Source: an uncultured Verrucomicrobiae bacterium (GTDB taxonomy: Bacteria; Verrucomicrobiota; Verrucomicrobiia; Chthoniobacterales; UBA10450). Taken from it: DNA of 64,000 bases. Of the stretch, positions 60,064 through 64,000 are shown in pieces; position 1 is the stretch's first letter; every line of letters starts with the position of its first letter. The notes beneath the pieces were generated by a model. That model saw only the letters and a program-made list of their open reading frames with translations. It was not told where the DNA came from and did no database searches. The DNA lies in assembly GCA_963815455.1 (NCBI GenBank), contig CAWFGO010000002.1:416001-480000 (forward strand), given 5' to 3'. The position numbers were made by a program, and so were the translations under genes.

Positions 60064-60824
60064 GCACGCGTTCCTTCAAGTCAGCGTCGGCGCCGGAAAA
60101 GAAAATGCCGGCGATCCGGATTCGGCCCGACGACGTGTTTATCGTGTCCTACCCGAAATCGGGAAACACCTGGGTCCGTTTTATCCTGGCCAATCTCCTG
60201 GCTCCCGGGGAGAAGATCACCTTCCGCAACATCGACAACTATGTCCCCGACATCTACCGATGCGCGGCGACCCTGGAAGATCGACAGGGGCGCCGCTACA
60301 TTAAATCTCATCATCCCTCCTACGATCTTTACCCGAAACTTATTTATCTTTTTCGGGATGGCCGCGACGCGCTGGTTTCCTACTACCAATACGTCGCCGG
60401 GAAAAAAGGCTTCGATGGCACGTTCCGGGACTTCGTGTTTTCCTCTTTTGCCAAGAAGTTTTCATTCTGGAGAGAGCATGTCGAGGGCGCCCTCGATTTC
60501 GCCACCAAACATCCGGATCGGATTCTGATGCTTCAGTATGAGAAAATGCTGGAGGACTCGCGAACGGGCGCTGCCAGCATCTCGAAATTTCTGGGATTGA
60601 ACTGCGGCAACGAGGCCATTGCCAAAGCGGTGGAGGCAACTTCATTCGATCGGCTGAAGACAATGGAGCAGAACGTCGGAAGCGAGAATTTGGCCAAGCC
60701 CGTCACTTTTTTTCGCACTGGCCGGAGCGGCCACTGGCGGGATCACTTTGATGCAGACCTTAACCGAAAATACTGCGAAGAGAACGGCGCGACGTTGCTT
60801 CGGCTCGGATATCAGCTGGAATGA
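60060..60824 (+). CDS. Sulfotransferase (Sulfotransfer_1-like)
   Basis: VSYPKSGNTW, IKSH, RDGRDALVSYY, YEKM, FFRTGRSG.W. Confidence 0.92.
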   Translation: MSTRSFKSASAPEKKMPAIRIRPDDVFIVSYPKSGNTWVRFILANLLAPGEKITFRNIDNYVPDIYRCAATLEDRQGRRYIKSHHPSYDLYPKLIYLFRDGRDALVSYYQYVAGKKGFDGTFRDFVFSSFAKKFSFWREHVEGALDFATKHPDRILMLQYEKMLEDSRTGAASISKFLGLNCGNEAIAKAVEATSFDRLKTMEQNVGSENLAKPVTFFRTGRSGHWRDHFDADLNRKYCEENGATLLRLGYQLE

Positions 60825-61577
60825 GTATTAAATTCGCGCACGTCGTGAATCCGGTGAAGGTCGCCTTCATCATCGGACCTTCACGTCGCCCAGCCCATCA
60901 CATTCGAGAGCATGCGGGTGGCGCAACAAGTAGCGGCGAGCTTCTCACTCGAAGTCGAATTAGGCGCGGTGAATTTTCCGGAAGATGACGAGATCGTTCC
61001 CCCTTTTTTTGGGTTCCGAGAACGCTTGGAGCGATCGGTTCTGGATGTGGGAGATTTTCCAGTCCCGAGAAAGTTGCCGTTGATCAAAGATATCCTCGAT
61101 CGGGCCGTGGCCGCGACGCGCAGCGAGTATCTCATCTACAGCAATGTCGATATCGCTGTCGTTCCCCACTTTTATCTTTCGCTGGCCAGCATCGTCGATG
61201 AAGGCTGGGACGCGTTAATGATAACGCGTCGCACATTGCCCAAGGCTTACACGGCAACATCCCAGTTTTGGCGGATGTGCGCAGACATCGGAGATCGGCA
61301 TCCGGGCAACGATTGCTTTATCTTCCGGAGGGGAGCCTACGCAAATTACGATCTGGGCGATGCCTGTATCGGCGCTCGCAATTTTGCAAAAGTGCTGGGT
61401 TTAAACCTGATCGTTCACGCCCACCGGTTCCAGCATTTCAAGGATCTGCATCTTACATTTCACATCGGCAACGATCGTGTCTGGCGGAGCGACAAATGGA
61501 TCGATTATTCGATGCATAATCGAAACATCATGCGGCGGCTTGTTGAATCAGTACCGCGGAGAAAATTGGCAAGCTGA
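60821..61577 (+). CDS. Glycosyltransferase-like hypothetical protein (frameshifted near the 5' end, probably also the 3' end)
   Basis: ATGA overlap start MSIKFAHVVNPVKV continues in another frame as SDLHVAQPITFESM...; YLIYSNVDI; HPGNDCFIF. Confidence 0.6.
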
Positions 61578-61651
61578 AGGGAAATCCGTTAATCGACCGC
61601 TGGGTCCCGAAGATTGCCCCGGAAATTCGCGCAAAGTAATCGCTGCGGCGA

Positions 61652-62257
61652 TCAATCGAACTTATAGCCAAAACGTTCGATCTCCGGCGCGAAACGCTCC
61701 CCCACCAGATCACGAAGATCGACATCGTAATACTGCGCATAATGTTTGCGCGCTGATCGGTTGTACTTTGGCAAGGGCGCTGCCGGAATTTTCAGTGCCG
61801 CGCAAACCGAGCGAAAATCGTCGGCCAGATTTTCAAAGCGCAACAACTGCTGCACGTTGGAAAACGGATCGTCATTCGGTTGATCGAGCCGCAGATAGTC
61901 CACGATGGACGGAGTTTTCAAAACCATCTTCCGAAATTTCTTCCGGTCCCACATTTCCGGCTTCTGAGTCGGCTGGAAAAAAAGCGACACCATCCGGTCC
62001 CACGGATTGCGCACACAGGTAAATTTGAACAGCGCGCCAAATGTCTCTTCCCCCAGCGCTGCGCGGTATTCAGCCAGGGTCGAATGTTTTCTCAGTTTGT
62101 ATTTGGGATTGCGCAAACCAAAGCGCTCGATGCCATCCTGTTCCTGGCGAAGAACAACCAGCTCATCCTCCGAGTAATGCCGCAGGACGCTCTGGATCGA
62201 ATTGCCGGCCGTTTTCGGGATGTGCACGAAAAGAAATTGATTCCGCAACGAGATCAT
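61652..62257 (-). CDS. Sulfotransferase family 2 protein
   Basis: FLFVHIPKTAGNS, VRNPWDRMVS, LRFENL, EIERFGY. Confidence 0.9.
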   Translation of the reverse strand: MISLRNQFLFVHIPKTAGNSIQSVLRHYSEDELVVLRQEQDGIERFGLRNPKYKLRKHSTLAEYRAALGEETFGALFKFTCVRNPWDRMVSLFFQPTQKPEMWDRKKFRKMVLKTPSIVDYLRLDQPNDDPFSNVQQLLRFENLADDFRSVCAALKIPAAPLPKYNRSARKHYAQYYDVDLRDLVGERFAPEIERFGYKFD

Positions 62258-63694
62258 GACGCGGCCCGGATGTTCAGCGTATCGCGCGTGGCTTCCTGCC
62301 ACTTCAGAATTTCGTCCCGTAAACGCGAAATTACCGAGGCGTGTTTTGGATCCTGATAAAGATTGCGCGTCTCGAGGGGATCGTCGGTCGAGTGATACAG
62401 CTCGTTCAAGTCTTTGTCGCGTAGACAGAGTTTCCATCCTTCGGGCGAAATGACCGTGCGGGTCGATTCCTCGATCGCGCGTTTGACCTCGCGTCGAGGC
62501 GCCAGAAAAGTTCCTTTCTCGATCTTCGTCCGGTTCGGCGCCCACTCAATGAACACATTCTCCGGCGGCATGGGTTCGCCGCGCATCACCGGGGCAAGAC
62601 TTTTCCCCACGCATTGTGTTGCTGTCGGTTTGCCGAGCAGATCGAGCAATGTCGGTACAAAATCGATCTGACTGACCGCCTGCGAAATCATTCGTTGCTG
62701 TCGCTGACCCGGAAGGCGCACTATCCACGGAACGCGCACCGCTTCCTCGAACATCACTTCCTTCCCAAACAATCGATGTGCGCCGAGCATGTCGCCATGA
62801 TCGCTGGTATGAACGACGATCGTATCATCGGCAACGCCGGCTTTTTCCAGTGACGTGAGAATGGCGCCGATGCTCCGGTCGACCAGCGTCACCAATCCCA
62901 GATAACGTTGTTTGATGCTTCGATATTCTTCGGGTGTGCCTCCGAAGAAGAGCTGTTTGCTCAGACGTTTCCGGTCCAACGCCGCTTCGGCCTGCTGCCA
63001 TTCCCGCATTAACCGGTAGCGCAACGGGATGTTTTCGTTCTCTGGAAGCGTCGCGGTAGGATCGAGATCGATCTCGCTCAGCGGATGTTCGTCATTGAAC
63101 GGCCCGTTGTACGGCGAGTGCGGTTCGACAAATCCGACAACCAGAATGAACGGATCGCGCCGATGTTTCTCGATAAATTCGCAGGCGTGGCGCTCCAAAA
63201 ATTTCGGCTTGGAAAGTTCGAGCGGGAGACCGCTGACCATGACTGTCGTGTAACCCCCATTTTCCTTGTCGGGGGCGATCCCTTTTGCTTGCAGGAACGC
63301 ATGGTAATCAGTTCCCGGTCGATTACGGACCGACACCCAATTCTCAAATCCGCGTTGGGCCTCCGTCTCGTTACCCAGATGCCATTTACCGAAATAAGCA
63401 GTGCGATAATCGCTGTCGGCGATCAGCTCGGTCAGGACCTTGAACCGCGGCGCGAGCGTCACCGTGTTTCGGGTGCAGCCGCTGTTATGCGGCCACATCC
63501 CCGTCATCAGCGCCGACCGCGAAGGCACGCAGACCGGATGCGTCACGTAAGCCCGCTGAAAGACCACCGATTCGGACGCGAGCTTGTTCAAATTCGGCGC
63601 ATGAACTTTTTCTCCGCCGCAACAAGCAATCGTGTCTGCTCGCTGTTGATCGGGCAGAAAGATGACCAGATTGGGTTTTCGTCGACGCGCTCAT
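62254..63694 (-). CDS. Formylglycine-dependent sulfatase (frameshift just after the ATG)
   Basis: PNLVIFLPDQQRAD upstream of the called ORF; CVPSR, GKWHLG, PHSPY, TSDHGD. Confidence 0.9.
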
Positions 63695-63857
63695 GAATCT
63701 TGCAGATTACGAACTAAACCAGTCTCCTGCATCGCCCGCAATCGTGGACTGACTTTCCACCATGATCGCGACGGTCGGAGACCGCAGACTGTAGGGCGTC
63801 TGTGTCAGACGCCGGAGTTTTGTTTGGCGTTTCACAGAAACGCCCTACAGCACCGAA

Positions 63858-64000
63858 TCAGCGGCCTCGTAAACTTAGCTCGCCATCGATAATTTTCGCC
63901 GCCGATGTGAACGGATGCGGTTCCGTTTTATCAGCATCGAGAATATGTACCACATCGATACCGCGCACTTTCAGAAAATCCGAAATCAGCGCGCGATGGC
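63858..64000 (-). CDS. DUF488 family protein, 3' end only
   Basis: (C)HRALISDFLKVRGIDVVHILD...HPFTSAA. Confidence 0.7.
   Translation of the reverse strand, partial: HRALISDFLKVRGIDVVHILDADKTEPHPFTSAAKIIDGELSLRGR

Noticed and set aside
57004..64000. Prophage or integrative element at tRNA-Lys
   Set aside because: No integrase, phage genes or tRNA 3' repeat visible within the window.

Overview
This GC-rich window looks like a soil Verrucomicrobiota (Chthoniobacterales/Spartobacteria-like) chromosome; the lineage is inferred from a VPDSG-type C-terminal sorting tail, a dockerin-tailed secreted protein and cyclase-TolB-TPR receptors. The backbone is housekeeping: ABCG-type transporter, ftsH, hpf, glgX, nagA, tatC, folB, rpoN, guaD, nadC, birA, tRNA-Lys. 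Three things stand out. (1) Two convergent paralogous modules at 29.8-34.5 kb (+) and 35.4-40.6 kb (-) each encode secreted Ser/Thr-rich repeat-core precursor-like protein(s), an SdpA/LinL-like GFF[AG]P protein, an HTTM membrane enzyme and a membrane class III cyclase-TolB-TPR receptor. All three precursor genes carry the identical 13-mer AACTTTGTGCTTG about 37 nt before the ATG. This is a candidate modified-peptide (RiPP-like) signalling system. (2) An integrase-less integron cassette array at 5.7-10.1 kb has an attI-like site and five clear attC sites. (3) Several REP-like palindrome families are dense here; they insert in frame into genes, supply stop codons and sit inside attC sites. A sulfotransferase/sulfatase cluster follows tRNA-Lys. 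Many single-base frameshifts and a fold-back duplication at 57.5-58.8 kb suggest long-read or assembly errors, so split genes should not be taken as real pseudogenes without read checks. All family assignments are from motif recognition by eye; no database search was run.
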